Positions 49,258 through 59,469 of a stretch of DNA of 64,000 bases are shown in pieces (positions within the stretch are counted from its first letter, which is position 1; the number at the start of each line of letters is the position of its first letter). The position numbers were made by a program, and so were the translations under genes. The DNA comes from Candidatus Delongbacteria bacterium. GTDB lineage: Bacteria > CAIWAD01. The stretch spans positions 3,392,001 to 3,456,000 of the forward strand of contig OY760505.1 of assembly GCA_963663545.1 (NCBI GenBank), written 5' to 3'. Below the pieces are notes generated by a model. It was not told the origin of the DNA. It was given only the letters and a program-made list of their open reading frames with translations, and did not search any database.

Positions 49258-50181
49258 ATGCGTATCTCGAATCTGATGCGGACTTCGAACCAGATGCTGA
49301 CCCTAGAGCGTCGCACGGACAACTACTACAAGGCCAATACGGTGCTGAGCACTGGTCAGACGGTGAACAAGGCCAGCGACGATCCCGTGCAGGCGGCCCG
49401 CATTGTGCGTCTGAATGGTGCCATTGAACGCAATATGCAGTACCAGCGCAACGTTGACTCGGCGCGCACGTATTTGAGCCACACGGAACTGAGTCTGCGC
49501 AAGGTTGAAGAGCATCTGCAGAAAGCACGAAGCCTGGCGGTGCAAGGTGACTCGGACACCTACACCGATGCCGAACGCGAAATGCTGGCGGTTGAAGTCA
49601 ATAACCTGCTGGAAGAGCTGGTGGCCGAGGGCAACCGCAAGTTCCTGGGACGCTATCTCTATTCGGGCACGCACACCGACAGCGCGGCTTTCAATGCGGT
49701 TCGTGATGCAAACGGTGATATCACTGGTGTCAGTGAAAACACGGAAGGCACCAATGGTACCATCAATGTGCAGGTGACCGAGAACGAGTCCATTCAAGTC
49801 AATCTGGGCGGTCTGGACGTAATGATGAGCGGCGAGGCCGGTAGTGAGGGCGACATATTCGAGGCCATCATCGGCCTGCGTGATGCCCTTCGCGACGGCG
49901 ACATGGATACCATTGGCAACTCCATCACCCGCATCGATACAGCACTAGACAACATCGATGCCCAACGCGCGGTTATCGGTGTGCGCGTGCAGTACGTCGA
50001 CGAAACCATGGATCGCCTCTACGCACGTGAAGAGACTCTTTCCGATGACATCGGTCTGGCGCGTGATGCAGATATTGCCCAGGCCACCATGGATTTCTCT
50101 GTGGCGGAAGCTGGCTATCAAGCCGCGCTGGCGGCTACGTCGCGCACATTGGAACTCTCGCTGCTCAGTTTCCTCGAGTAG
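49258..50181 (+). CDS. flgL: Hook-associated protein FlgL
   Basis: MRIS, STG..VNKASDDP, GRYLYSG and C-terminal LSLLSFL. Confidence 0.93.
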   Translation: MRISNLMRTSNQMLTLERRTDNYYKANTVLSTGQTVNKASDDPVQAARIVRLNGAIERNMQYQRNVDSARTYLSHTELSLRKVEEHLQKARSLAVQGDSDTYTDAEREMLAVEVNNLLEELVAEGNRKFLGRYLYSGTHTDSAAFNAVRDANGDITGVSENTEGTNGTINVQVTENESIQVNLGGLDVMMSGEAGSEGDIFEAIIGLRDALRDGDMDTIGNSITRIDTALDNIDAQRAVIGVRVQYVDETMDRLYAREETLSDDIGLARDADIAQATMDFSVAEAGYQAALAATSRTLELSLLSFLE

Positions 50182-50305
50182 TCAGACTGCAGGTAGCGCA
50201 CGTGATACAGCGGTCACAAAGTGGCCGTTTTTCATCTACAGCTTTCCTGGAACCTGGCGGGGCTTTGTGCCACATTGATCGCAGATCATCATGCGGAGGT
50301 GTGGG

Positions 50306-51493
50306 ATGAACAAGCGCTTCACCGTTCCCTTACTGTTGTTCCTGCTGACGGCCATTGCGCTGGCGCAAGTGGATTTTGACGCAGCGCGCAAGCGTACTAC
50401 GGCAAGCTGGCAGCAGCGTCAGCAACAGGTACAATCCAGCTGGAGCCAGCGTCAGGAAGCCCTGGAGCAGAACTGGGACGAGCACGTACGCCGCGTGCGC
50501 CAATCTTGGGCCGATCAGCGTTTGCCATCGCGCGAAGAATTCGTGAGCTACGCCGACAACTATCATAGCCGTACCACTGTCACCTTTAGTGATGAAGCCG
50601 AGCGCAAACCAGGGCTGGTGGTGGAAGTGCTGGTGCCTGCTTCCAGCAAGGACAAACAGGCTGAGGCGAAGCGCGTGATGCAGGGGGAGCTGGCGCGTTT
50701 CCGCGAGGAGAATGGAGAGTCCGTCGCTGCCACCATCAGCGATGGCCAGGGCGGAACCTTGGCCGAGGCCGACGACAACCTCCTGGCAGAACAGCTTGTG
50801 TCACAAGCCGAAGCTCACACGGAGCACACTCCTGAAGGCGAAGATGTGATACGCTACGAATTGGTGCTTCCTGCGGTACCGGATCATCTGCAGAAGCGCG
50901 CCGAGTGCTGGAGACCTCGGGTGCAGGAGATGGCCGCGTACTACGAGTTGCCAGCGGATCTGGTCTTTGCTGTGATACAGACCGAGAGCTACTTCAATGC
51001 CAATGCCCGCAGTCACGTTCCCGCCTTCGGCCTGATGCAGCTTGTGCCCCGTTATGGTGGCGCGGAGGCATGGGAGATGGTAAAGGGACGGGCGGGCGAA
51101 CCCAGTCCCGGCTACCTCTACGTGGGCGAAAACAACATCGAGCTCGGAGCCGCCTATCTGCACAAGTTGCGCTACACCTACTACCGGGGGGTGCAGGACG
51201 ATGCCAAAGCGCATCTCCTAATCATCTGCGCCTACAATACAGGGCCGGGAAATGTCAACCGCGCTCTGACCAGCAGCGGTGGCAGCGTACGCCAGACAAG
51301 CGGCAAGAATCGTGGCTTTAAGAAGCCGCAGAATGCATCTAGCTCCTTTGGTCCTGCGCTGGAAGTCGTCGAACGCATGAGCATCGAGGAACTGCGCGAG
51401 AAGCTCTTGCACGATCTGCCCTGGGAGGAAACCGTCGGCTACCTGGAAAAAGTGAGCGAGCGACGGGCCAATTATCTGGCCTGGTCACACTAG
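50306..51493 (+). CDS. MltC-like lytic transglycosylase, exported
   Basis: AVIQTESYFN..ARSHVPAFGLMQLVP, NNIELG.AYL, AYNTG.GNV and LP.EET.GYL motifs. Confidence 0.88.
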   Translation: MNKRFTVPLLLFLLTAIALAQVDFDAARKRTTASWQQRQQQVQSSWSQRQEALEQNWDEHVRRVRQSWADQRLPSREEFVSYADNYHSRTTVTFSDEAERKPGLVVEVLVPASSKDKQAEAKRVMQGELARFREENGESVAATISDGQGGTLAEADDNLLAEQLVSQAEAHTEHTPEGEDVIRYELVLPAVPDHLQKRAECWRPRVQEMAAYYELPADLVFAVIQTESYFNANARSHVPAFGLMQLVPRYGGAEAWEMVKGRAGEPSPGYLYVGENNIELGAAYLHKLRYTYYRGVQDDAKAHLLIICAYNTGPGNVNRALTSSGGSVRQTSGKNRGFKKPQNASSSFGPALEVVERMSIEELREKLLHDLPWEETVGYLEKVSERRANYLAWSH

Positions 51494-51511
51494 CAGGATG
51501 GTCTGAGAAAG

Positions 51512-51541
51512 AAAAAGCCCCGTGTGATACGAGGCTTTTTT
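51512..51541. terminator. Bidirectional terminator with GTGATAC in the loop
   Basis: AAAAAGCCCCG-TGTGATA-CGAGGCTTTTTT between convergent genes. Confidence 0.8.
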
Positions 51542-51561
51542 CATAGCGTGATACACACCGA

Positions 51562-52740
51562 TCAAGCGAGCGCGTGCTGCAGGTCGTCGATCATGTCATC
51601 AACGTGCTCAATGCCCACAGAGATACGAACCAGGCCGTCCGTGATCCCTGCCTGACGGCGAGTCTCGGGTGCCATGCCCGCATGCGTCATGCTGGCGGGA
51701 TGCTGAATCAGACTCTCAACGCCGCCCAGGCTGACGGCCAGTGTGAAGAGGCTGACTTTGTCCATCAGACCCTTGCCAGCTTCCAGGCCACCCTTCAACT
51801 CGAGGGTGATCATGGCGCCTGGCAACCGCATCTGGCGCTTGGCCAACTCGTGCTGCGGATGGCTCTCCAGGCCGGGATACCAGACGCGGGCGACGGCGGG
51901 ATGCTGCTCGAGGAAGGCGGCGACTTTAGCCGCGTTCTCGCTCTGACGCTCCACGCGCAGGGCCAGGGTTTTGATCCCACGATGTACCAGGAAGGCCTGA
52001 TGCGGATCCATGGTGCCACCCAGGGTGTTCAGCTCCTTGCGGCAGCGCGCAAAGGCTTCCTCGTCGCGCACAATGACAATACCGGCAACCACGTCGGAGT
52101 GGCCGTTCAAGGATTTGGTCATGCTGTGCACAATCACGTCGGCACCCAGGTCGAAGGGCTTCTGTAACACGGGACCGGCGAAGGTGTTGTCGACGATCAC
52201 CTTTGCGCTGGCTGCGTGAGCGATCTCCGATACTTTCTCGATGTCGATGATTGCCAGGGTGGGATTGCCGGGGGTCTCGAAGTAGACCACGCGCGTATTG
52301 GAACGCATGTGAGCTTTCACCGTGGCCGGATCGGTCATGTCGATGAAGTCCGCCTCTACGCCAAAACGCTGGAAAATAGCCGAAAGCAGAGTCTCGGTTG
52401 GGCCATAGACCGCATTGCTGCAAAGGACGTGATCGCCCTGGCGCAGATGAGCCGAAAGCGCAGTGTTGATCGCGGCCATTCCACTGGCACAGGCAAGGCC
52501 CTTGAAACCACCTTCAAGCACGGCAACGGCGTCTTCAACAGCCTGCACGGTCGGGTTGCGTAGACGGGTATAAATGTAGCCCTGACGCTTGCCGGCGAAA
52601 AGCTCGGCCCCCTGGTCGGCGTTGTCGAAAGCGAAGGTGCTGACCTGATAAATCGGCACAACCACGGCACCGTGTTGATCGTCCGGAGCACCGGCGTGAA
52701 TCACCTGCGTCTGCATGTGCGCAGCACGAATATCCTTCAT
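51562..52740 (-). CDS. PLP-dependent trans-sulfuration enzyme (methionine gamma-lyase/cystathionine gamma-lyase family)
   Basis: YTRLRNPT, SGMAAI, ETPGNPT, DNTF, SMTK..NGHSD and SLGGVESL motifs. Confidence 0.92.
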   Translation of the reverse strand: MKDIRAAHMQTQVIHAGAPDDQHGAVVVPIYQVSTFAFDNADQGAELFAGKRQGYIYTRLRNPTVQAVEDAVAVLEGGFKGLACASGMAAINTALSAHLRQGDHVLCSNAVYGPTETLLSAIFQRFGVEADFIDMTDPATVKAHMRSNTRVVYFETPGNPTLAIIDIEKVSEIAHAASAKVIVDNTFAGPVLQKPFDLGADVIVHSMTKSLNGHSDVVAGIVIVRDEEAFARCRKELNTLGGTMDPHQAFLVHRGIKTLALRVERQSENAAKVAAFLEQHPAVARVWYPGLESHPQHELAKRQMRLPGAMITLELKGGLEAGKGLMDKVSLFTLAVSLGGVESLIQHPASMTHAGMAPETRRQAGITDGLVRISVGIEHVDDMIDDLQHALA

Positions 52741-52878
52741 TGGAATCTCCTGTTCATAGGAATGAAAGGCTGAATCAATCAAACGGAAGTGGCTGATGCA
52801 AATTGTACAGCAATGAAGCGGTCCGGTGCTTGCAAGTGCGTTTGCTACCTTGTGCCTTTCAATTCAAATGGGGAATAC

Positions 52879-53484
52879 ATGGGACTGCAATCTGTTCTTC
52901 AGCGGCGCCGTATTCTGGTCAGCCGTTTCTTTGCACTGTTGGCGCTCTTGGTGCTTCTGTTTACTACGATGCCCATCAGCACCTGTACTCTGGCGACGGA
53001 TGTGCTGCACTGGTTGGGCTTTTTGCTGATCATGGTCTGCGTGTTCGGTCGTTTGTGGAGCCTGCTGTATCTCACAGGCTACAAGACAACGCGATTGATC
53101 GACCAGGGCCCCTTCAGCATCATGCGCAATCCGCTCTACTTCTTCAGCTCGTTGGGCGCCTTGGGTTTTGGTCTGGTGGCCAACCATTTGCTGTTGCTGG
53201 GCGGGATCCTGCTGGCATTTCTCGTGTATTACCCTTTTGTCGTCATTTCTGAGGAGCAGCATCTGCGTCGTGATTTGGGTGACGAATACAAAGCGTACTG
53301 CGGACGTGTCAATCGCTTTCTGCCGCGCTTTTCCGGTTTGCAGCAGCCCGACGTATGGGAGTTGCGCGCCCGCAAGTACAGCCGCGTCTATCTGGATGTC
53401 ATCTGGTTCCCGGTGGCGTATATGCTCATCCGCCTCTTGCTGCAACTCAAGGCGCAGGGGTTGATTCCCGTGTTGTGGAGTTAG
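52879..53484 (+). CDS. Isoprenylcysteine carboxyl methyltransferase/PEMT family membrane protein
   Basis: GPFS..RNPLY, EE..L...G.EY..Y...V.RF.P motifs. Confidence 0.85.
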   Translation: MGLQSVLQRRRILVSRFFALLALLVLLFTTMPISTCTLATDVLHWLGFLLIMVCVFGRLWSLLYLTGYKTTRLIDQGPFSIMRNPLYFFSSLGALGFGLVANHLLLLGGILLAFLVYYPFVVISEEQHLRRDLGDEYKAYCGRVNRFLPRFSGLQQPDVWELRARKYSRVYLDVIWFPVAYMLIRLLLQLKAQGLIPVLWS

Positions 53485-53491
53485 AGGACTT

Positions 53492-54091
53492 ATGCAACAA
53501 CTCTTGCTCATGCTGCCGGTGCTGGTGTTTTCGGTTATTGTACACGAAATCGCCCACGGCTGGGTTGCCTGGAAGCTGGGAGATCCCACCGCGCGCATGT
53601 TGGGGCGACTGACACTTGATCCGCGCCCGCACATCGACCCCCTTTTCACACTGCTGGTGCCGGTGCTGTGCGCACTCTCAGGTTCGCCCATTTTTGGCGG
53701 AGCCAAGCCGGTGCCGGTCAACGCGCGCAATTTCCGACATCCCAGTCGCGACATGGCGCTGGTGGCGCTTGCGGGTCCGGTGAGCAATCTGCTGCTGGCG
53801 ACCTTAGCCGGTGTGCTGATTCGACTGCCACTTGGTGCGACTTTGTCGGGTATCGTGTATTACATGCTGGTGATCAATCTGGTGCTGGCTGCCTTCAACC
53901 TGCTGCCCATTCCGCCTTTGGATGGATCACGCGTGATGGCGCATTTTCTTCCCGGCGAACTTAGCGCGCGCTATCGTGGTCTTGACCGCTTTGGCATGCT
54001 GCTTATCATCGGTGTGCTGTTTCTGTTCAGTTCGCCCCTGCACCACTACCTGTCCTGGTTTGTCAGAACGGTAGGAGGTATTCTGGTATGA
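53492..54091 (+). CDS. Site-2 protease (M50)
   Basis: HEIAHG, GDPTA..GRLTL, AGP.SN and FNLLPIPPLDG motifs. Confidence 0.95.
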   Translation: MQQLLLMLPVLVFSVIVHEIAHGWVAWKLGDPTARMLGRLTLDPRPHIDPLFTLLVPVLCALSGSPIFGGAKPVPVNARNFRHPSRDMALVALAGPVSNLLLATLAGVLIRLPLGATLSGIVYYMLVINLVLAAFNLLPIPPLDGSRVMAHFLPGELSARYRGLDRFGMLLIIGVLFLFSSPLHHYLSWFVRTVGGILV

Positions 54092-54095
54092 GGCA

Positions 54096-54395
54096 GTGCC
54101 CGTCATGATGCGTGCACGCCTGCCCAAACGGCGCTTCGATTACACGCCTTTCAGGTTGGAGTTGCCGAAACAGGAATTCCGGCAGCGCTTCCGCGAGCAG
54201 GTGGGCCTCAGCCCCGATCTGGCCGTGCGGCGCAAACCGGTGTATCGTTTTCTGCTCATTCTGGTGCTCTTGCTGGGCATCTTCTACTGGATCTTTCCCC
54301 ACGCGCTGCAGCGCATCTTCTCGCCCGCAATGGAGATTGGTCTGGAGGACGAAGTGCAAGTGGAGACGCAGAACAAGCCGGGTGAACTTCCATGA
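54096..54395 (+). CDS. Small hypothetical single-TM protein
   Basis: Fills the gap in the operon with an ATGA overlap with mutL; P.RFDY.P motif and one TM helix. Confidence 0.65.
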   Translation: MPVMMRARLPKRRFDYTPFRLELPKQEFRQRFREQVGLSPDLAVRRKPVYRFLLILVLLLGIFYWIFPHALQRIFSPAMEIGLEDEVQVETQNKPGELP

Positions 54396-56260
54396 CGAAT
54401 GTGATACACAGACTGTCTGATCATGTGATCAACAAGATCGCTGCCGGCGAGGTGATCGAACGCCCCGCCTCGGTGGTCAAGGAACTGGTGGAGAACAGTC
54501 TAGATGCTGGAGCCACAAAGGTTGAAGTGGCGATTGAAGCCGGCGGCAAGAACTTCATTCAAGTGCTGGACAACGGTAGCGGCATGAGCCGTGACGATGC
54601 GCTGCTGGCACTGGATCGGCATGCAACCAGCAAAATGAGCCGTATCGAGGATCTGGAGCAGATTCACACCATGGGCTTTCGCGGAGAAGCCCTGCCCTCA
54701 ATTGCCGCTGTATCACGTTTCGAGTTGCGAACTCGACGCGAAGAGGACGAGGAAGGCACTAGCGTCAATGTTGTGGACGGCCGCTTGCAGCAAGTGGACC
54801 CTGTTGCCACAACGGCGGGTACACGTATCACGGTGCGAAATTTGTTCTTCTCAACACCAGCACGTCGCAAGTTCCTGACGAGCAATCAGAACGAGTTGAA
54901 GCACATTCTGGTGCTTCTGCGACGCATCGCGCTGGTGCGCCCCGAATTGCACTTCGTCCTGGTCAGTGATGGCGAAGAAGTGTTTGATTGGCCGGGTGGT
55001 GATCTTGACAATCGTGTGATACAAGTTTTTGGGCGTGAGATGCCGACGCGGCTGTTGAAAGTACGCCAACGCGAGCCTGGACTTGATGTCAGCGGTTTCA
55101 TCGGCAAGGTGAATACCTTCCGTCGCAGTCATGGCGATCAGTATTTGTTCATCAATGGTCGTCCCGTCAGCAATCGCATGATCAACCATGCTGTGTTTTC
55201 TTCGTACGGGCACACACTGGGCCGCGATCAGGTCCCCTTCTATCTGCTCTTTCTGGAATCAGATCCTGCGATGCTGGATGTCAACGTACATCCGGCCAAA
55301 AAGGAAGTCCGCTTTGCCGACGAACGCTGGGTTTATCGTCAGGTGCATCACGCGGTGACACAGGCGCTGGCCTCGCATCCTGTCAGCAACTTTGATTTGA
55401 ATGAAGACGGCGCTGGCGTGACACAGGAGAGCAGCCAGGCGCGGCCGGAGCTGAGGCTCACAGCGCAACAGCGTTACCGCGAGAGTGGCGATGAAACGCT
55501 CTCGGGGCGGGATCCCTTGCAGATGCGCCAATGTGATTATAGCGTGCAGGACGATCTGTTTCGCGATCGGGAACGGGTTCGCGCTGCTGAGAACGGCGTG
55601 CGACATCTGATGGATTCGGTGCGCATGGCGCGCGAGCGCTTTCCGGAGCCGCGCAGTGAGACTCGCGCGCTGGCACAGAAGCTCTATGCCGAAGACGAAG
55701 AACCGCGACTGTTTCAGCTTCACAACACCTACATCTTCGCTCCAGTTGAAAGCGGCGTTGTCATCGTTGATCAACATGTAGCACACGAACGAGTGTTGTA
55801 CGAGCAGTGTCTTGGTGCCATGCAGGAGCGAAGAGCTGCAAGCCAACGTTTGCTGTTTCCGGTGGAGCTGGATCTTGACGAAGAACTGCGCTTGGTTTTT
55901 GAAGAGGTTCACGAGCATCTCTTCGAAATGGGCTTCACCATGGAAATGCAGGGCACGCGGGTGATGGCGACAGGAGTACCGACCGAACTGCCGGTTGGTG
56001 ATCCGCGTGATATGGTGCGTGAGATTCTTGAGCAGTACCGCGTGTATCTGGGCACTATGCCCGAGCCACGTGATGCACTGGCGGCAAGCGTGGCCTGCAA
56101 GGCCGCCATCAAGGCTGGACAGCCATTGAAGCAGGAGGAGATGCGCAGTCTGCTTGAGCAGCTCTTTGCCTGCAAACAGCCCTTCACCTGCCCCCACGGA
56201 CGCCCGGTCGTCATCAATCTGGGCATTGAAGAGCTTCACCGACGTTTCATGCGCGAGTAA
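54392..56260 (+). CDS. mutL: DNA mismatch repair protein MutL
   Basis: IAAGEVIERPASVVKELVENS, GFRGEAL, DVNVHP.K, DQHVAHER, ACK and CPHGRP motifs. Confidence 0.98.
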   Translation: MTNVIHRLSDHVINKIAAGEVIERPASVVKELVENSLDAGATKVEVAIEAGGKNFIQVLDNGSGMSRDDALLALDRHATSKMSRIEDLEQIHTMGFRGEALPSIAAVSRFELRTRREEDEEGTSVNVVDGRLQQVDPVATTAGTRITVRNLFFSTPARRKFLTSNQNELKHILVLLRRIALVRPELHFVLVSDGEEVFDWPGGDLDNRVIQVFGREMPTRLLKVRQREPGLDVSGFIGKVNTFRRSHGDQYLFINGRPVSNRMINHAVFSSYGHTLGRDQVPFYLLFLESDPAMLDVNVHPAKKEVRFADERWVYRQVHHAVTQALASHPVSNFDLNEDGAGVTQESSQARPELRLTAQQRYRESGDETLSGRDPLQMRQCDYSVQDDLFRDRERVRAAENGVRHLMDSVRMARERFPEPRSETRALAQKLYAEDEEPRLFQLHNTYIFAPVESGVVIVDQHVAHERVLYEQCLGAMQERRAASQRLLFPVELDLDEELRLVFEEVHEHLFEMGFTMEMQGTRVMATGVPTELPVGDPRDMVREILEQYRVYLGTMPEPRDALAASVACKAAIKAGQPLKQEEMRSLLEQLFACKQPFTCPHGRPVVINLGIEELHRRFMRE

Positions 56261-56263
56261 CAC

Positions 56264-57247
56264 ATGCTGCCCTTTCTTCCTGTAATCACAGGGCCGACGG
56301 CGAGCGGAAAAACCAGTCTGGCCATTGAGCTGGCAGAACGACTGGGTGTGGAAATTGTATCACTGGACAGTCGTCAGGTCTACCGCGGGCTTGAAGTGGC
56401 AACTGCGGCTCCGACTGCGAAAGAGCAGCAGCGCGTGATACATCATCTTGTTTCCTGTGTCTCACCGCACGAAGATTACAGCGCGGGTCGGTTCAATGCA
56501 GATGCACGGCGGGTTCTGAGGCTTCCCACTGTAGAGGAAGCGGCTGAAGGTGTGGCATGCGACGATGCCGGAGCCGCACCCCGTGCCCTGTTTTGTGGCG
56601 GTAGTGGTTTCTACCTGCGCGCCTTTCTTGATCCGGTGCATCCTAGCCTGGGAAGCCAGCCTGAATTGCGAAATGAAGTCAAGGCGCTCGCTGATTCTCT
56701 GGGCGCCGAGGAGTTTCGCGCACATGTTGTAGCACAGGATCCAGAGGCAGCGTGGATTCCAGCCGGAGACCGCAACAAACTGGAACGCTACTTGGAAATC
56801 ACGCTGAGCAGTGAAATTCCTGCAACACGAGCCATGCGCGAACTGGTGTTGCCTCGACCGGTCGACAGCCTGGTTTTCGTGTTACACACAAACCTTGACT
56901 GGCTGATGCCGCGTATTCGCAAGCGCTGTTGGGAGATGCTCAAGGGCGGTATGATCGATGAGATACGACTGGCGCTTGAAGAGGGTGTATCACCTCAGCA
57001 GAACAGTCTGCGCTCGGTAGGTGCAGGCGAGGTCATGGAACTGCTGGCAGGTCGTCTGGACCTGGTGCATTGCAAAGAACGTGTATCACGCAGTACCCGG
57101 CAATATGCGCGCAAGCAACTCACGTGGGGACGGGGAATCGAGGATGCCGTGATCCTGCCGGCGGAAGCTCCTCACGAGGAACTGCTGGAGCGCATGCTTG
57201 AAAAGATTCACACAAGGATGCGCGCACGCGCCAGGGGTGACTCGTGA
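56264..57247 (+). CDS. miaA: tRNA dimethylallyltransferase
   Basis: GPTASGKT, DSRQVY, HHL, GGSGFY and TRQYARKQLTW motifs; follows mutL. Confidence 0.94.
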   Translation: MLPFLPVITGPTASGKTSLAIELAERLGVEIVSLDSRQVYRGLEVATAAPTAKEQQRVIHHLVSCVSPHEDYSAGRFNADARRVLRLPTVEEAAEGVACDDAGAAPRALFCGGSGFYLRAFLDPVHPSLGSQPELRNEVKALADSLGAEEFRAHVVAQDPEAAWIPAGDRNKLERYLEITLSSEIPATRAMRELVLPRPVDSLVFVLHTNLDWLMPRIRKRCWEMLKGGMIDEIRLALEEGVSPQQNSLRSVGAGEVMELLAGRLDLVHCKERVSRSTRQYARKQLTWGRGIEDAVILPAEAPHEELLERMLEKIHTRMRARARGDS

Positions 57248-59466
57248 TATGCTGGCTCCTGCTGATTGCGCTTTGCGCACAAGTACAGGCACTTCAGCTT
57301 GACAGCTCTGCCAAAGTCAAACTAATGCAGTTGGAAAGTGGCGAGGAATCCCGTTGGCTGCTACTGCCACGTGCGCCTGACAGCGAGCTGGATCCCACCC
57401 TGCGCAGCACACTCCGGTCAGTGCCGGGCGGCGCCTTTGTCATACAAGCGGATGCAATGGGCATCAGAGCGCTTGGCTTGGACGATGGCTGGACGCTCGT
57501 TCCAGAGCGGCTATTGCATCCCTGTCTGGATGTAGCACGCGGCCTTTGTGCACTGGATTCCCTTGTGCAGAGCAGGCCAGAAGGCAGCCACGATTTTGAT
57601 GGAAGCGGCGTGCTGGTGGGCATTGTCGACACCGGCATCGACTGCGAGCATGGCGATTTCTGGAGTGACGACGAGTGCCGCATCCTTTCGGTCTGGGATC
57701 AAACTGAGCAGCGAACTTACTCACATTCCGAGATTCTGCAGCACCGTGCAGGTTGTCTGGATTCCGAAGGACACGGAACCCATGTCGCTTCCATTGCTGC
57801 GGGAAACGGAAACAGTGCGGCGGGTAGCGATGAGGGCGGACCCTTTGTCGGGTTTGCTCCCGGAGCCGAATTGTTGGTAGTGCGCTCGACGCTTTGCGAG
57901 AGTGATGTGGTGGAGGGCGTTCGGTGGGTCTTCGAGCGCGCTGCCGAACTCGGGCGTCCATGCGTCGTGAACCTGAGTCTGGAAACGCAGCAAGGACCGC
58001 ACGACGGCGGTAGTTGGATGGAAGAGCAGTTGGCGGCCCTGTGTGGCCCTGGCCGGCTAGTGGTCTGTGCTGCAGGAAACAGCGCCAGTCTGGACCAGCA
58101 TGCCAGCGCCGAATTCAACACCAGTCAGCAAGTGCAATTCGTGTGTGACGAGGAGAGTGGCTGGCTGGATGTCTGGGTGTGGGGCGCGTATCCGCAGGTG
58201 ACATTGACTCTGCCTGGCGGCGCACTATTGACCGGTTCTGCACAGACTTATCGCCAGAACGGATGGAATATTGCTCTGCCCACCGCCGTGTTAACGGATG
58301 ACCGCTGGCACATTGCACTGGAGCTGAGTGCTGTTGCAAACACCGTGGACCCCCTCAGTCTGCGCATAATATGCCAGGAGGAAAACAATCTGCTGCACGC
58401 CTGGGCGGACGGTGTACACTTCCTCATCGCAGACAGCTTGAGCACACTGGGGTCGCCGGCCAGTGCCGATAGTGTATTGGTTGCGGGAAACCTCGTAAGC
58501 CGTGCGACATGGACTGATATTGACGGCAATGGCTGGCGTTTTGCCGGCGAGAATCTGGGCGAGATGGCGACAAGCTCTGCAAGAGGCCCACGTGTAGACG
58601 GCAGGCGAGTTCCACAGTTGAGTCTACCCGGACAAGGGATCTTTGCCGCCATGTCTTCCGCGTTGGCCGGTATTGAGTCACAGCGTGTGTACCGTCATGC
58701 AGACGGTACGCACATCCTGCGTGGCGGGACTTCGATGGCGGCGCCCGCACTCACCGGGCTGTTGGCATTGCTACTCCAGTATGAACCACTGACTTCCTGC
58801 GCGACCGCTGACACCTTGCTTGCTGCGTGTGGCACGTCGGCAGAGTGGGATGCGGCACGCGGCTACAGCCTTCCCGATGCGCGTTCTTTGCTGGCCGAGT
58901 ACGACTCGCCATTGTGGGCGTTTACAGCGACACCCTCCTTCAGTTACGTCGATCTGGCCTGGTGGGCGGGTGATGAGGCAGCGGGGCGGCAACTTGAGTT
59001 GTCGCGACTGTGTGGAACGGAGGAGTCACTGCTGCTCCAGCAGACGGTGTATTCGGGCAACATGAGTTTCCGTGATACAGGTCTGCTTGCGGGCACGGAT
59101 GCCGTTTACAGGATCATTCTGTTTCAGGACGATGGAAGCCCCTTTGAATTGCGTACTACATCTGTAAGGCTGCTTACGGGTAGCGGCCCGCGTATCACGA
59201 GTCTCTATCCCAATCCAGTGTTCGGAGGAGAGTTCACGGTATCCATCGCACTGCCGAAAACGGCCTTTTGTTCACTTGAACTCTTTGACCTACTGGGACG
59301 ATGTGTGTGCACGTGGCCGCAAGGGGTACTCGACTCGGGTTTGCATCAAATCAAGCTGAAGCCATCCGATCATACGGTGATGGCTGCAGGCTGGTATGCG
59401 CTACATGCAGAAGCACTGGGTGCCGGTGATACAAAATCAATGCTCTGGATTCCTCAAGGAAGGTGA
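57244..59466 (+). CDS. S8 subtilisin-like serine protease with a C-terminal YPNP-type sorting domain
   Basis: Catalytic triad VDTG / HGTHVA / GTSMAAP; AAGN oxyanion motif; C-terminal YPNP...LFDLLGR...G.Y. Confidence 0.9.
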   Translation: MICWLLLIALCAQVQALQLDSSAKVKLMQLESGEESRWLLLPRAPDSELDPTLRSTLRSVPGGAFVIQADAMGIRALGLDDGWTLVPERLLHPCLDVARGLCALDSLVQSRPEGSHDFDGSGVLVGIVDTGIDCEHGDFWSDDECRILSVWDQTEQRTYSHSEILQHRAGCLDSEGHGTHVASIAAGNGNSAAGSDEGGPFVGFAPGAELLVVRSTLCESDVVEGVRWVFERAAELGRPCVVNLSLETQQGPHDGGSWMEEQLAALCGPGRLVVCAAGNSASLDQHASAEFNTSQQVQFVCDEESGWLDVWVWGAYPQVTLTLPGGALLTGSAQTYRQNGWNIALPTAVLTDDRWHIALELSAVANTVDPLSLRIICQEENNLLHAWADGVHFLIADSLSTLGSPASADSVLVAGNLVSRATWTDIDGNGWRFAGENLGEMATSSARGPRVDGRRVPQLSLPGQGIFAAMSSALAGIESQRVYRHADGTHILRGGTSMAAPALTGLLALLLQYEPLTSCATADTLLAACGTSAEWDAARGYSLPDARSLLAEYDSPLWAFTATPSFSYVDLAWWAGDEAAGRQLELSRLCGTEESLLLQQTVYSGNMSFRDTGLLAGTDAVYRIILFQDDGSPFELRTTSVRLLTGSGPRITSLYPNPVFGGEFTVSIALPKTAFCSLELFDLLGRCVCTWPQGVLDSGLHQIKLKPSDHTVMAAGWYALHAEALGAGDTKSMLWIPQGR

Positions 59467-59469
59467 ACC

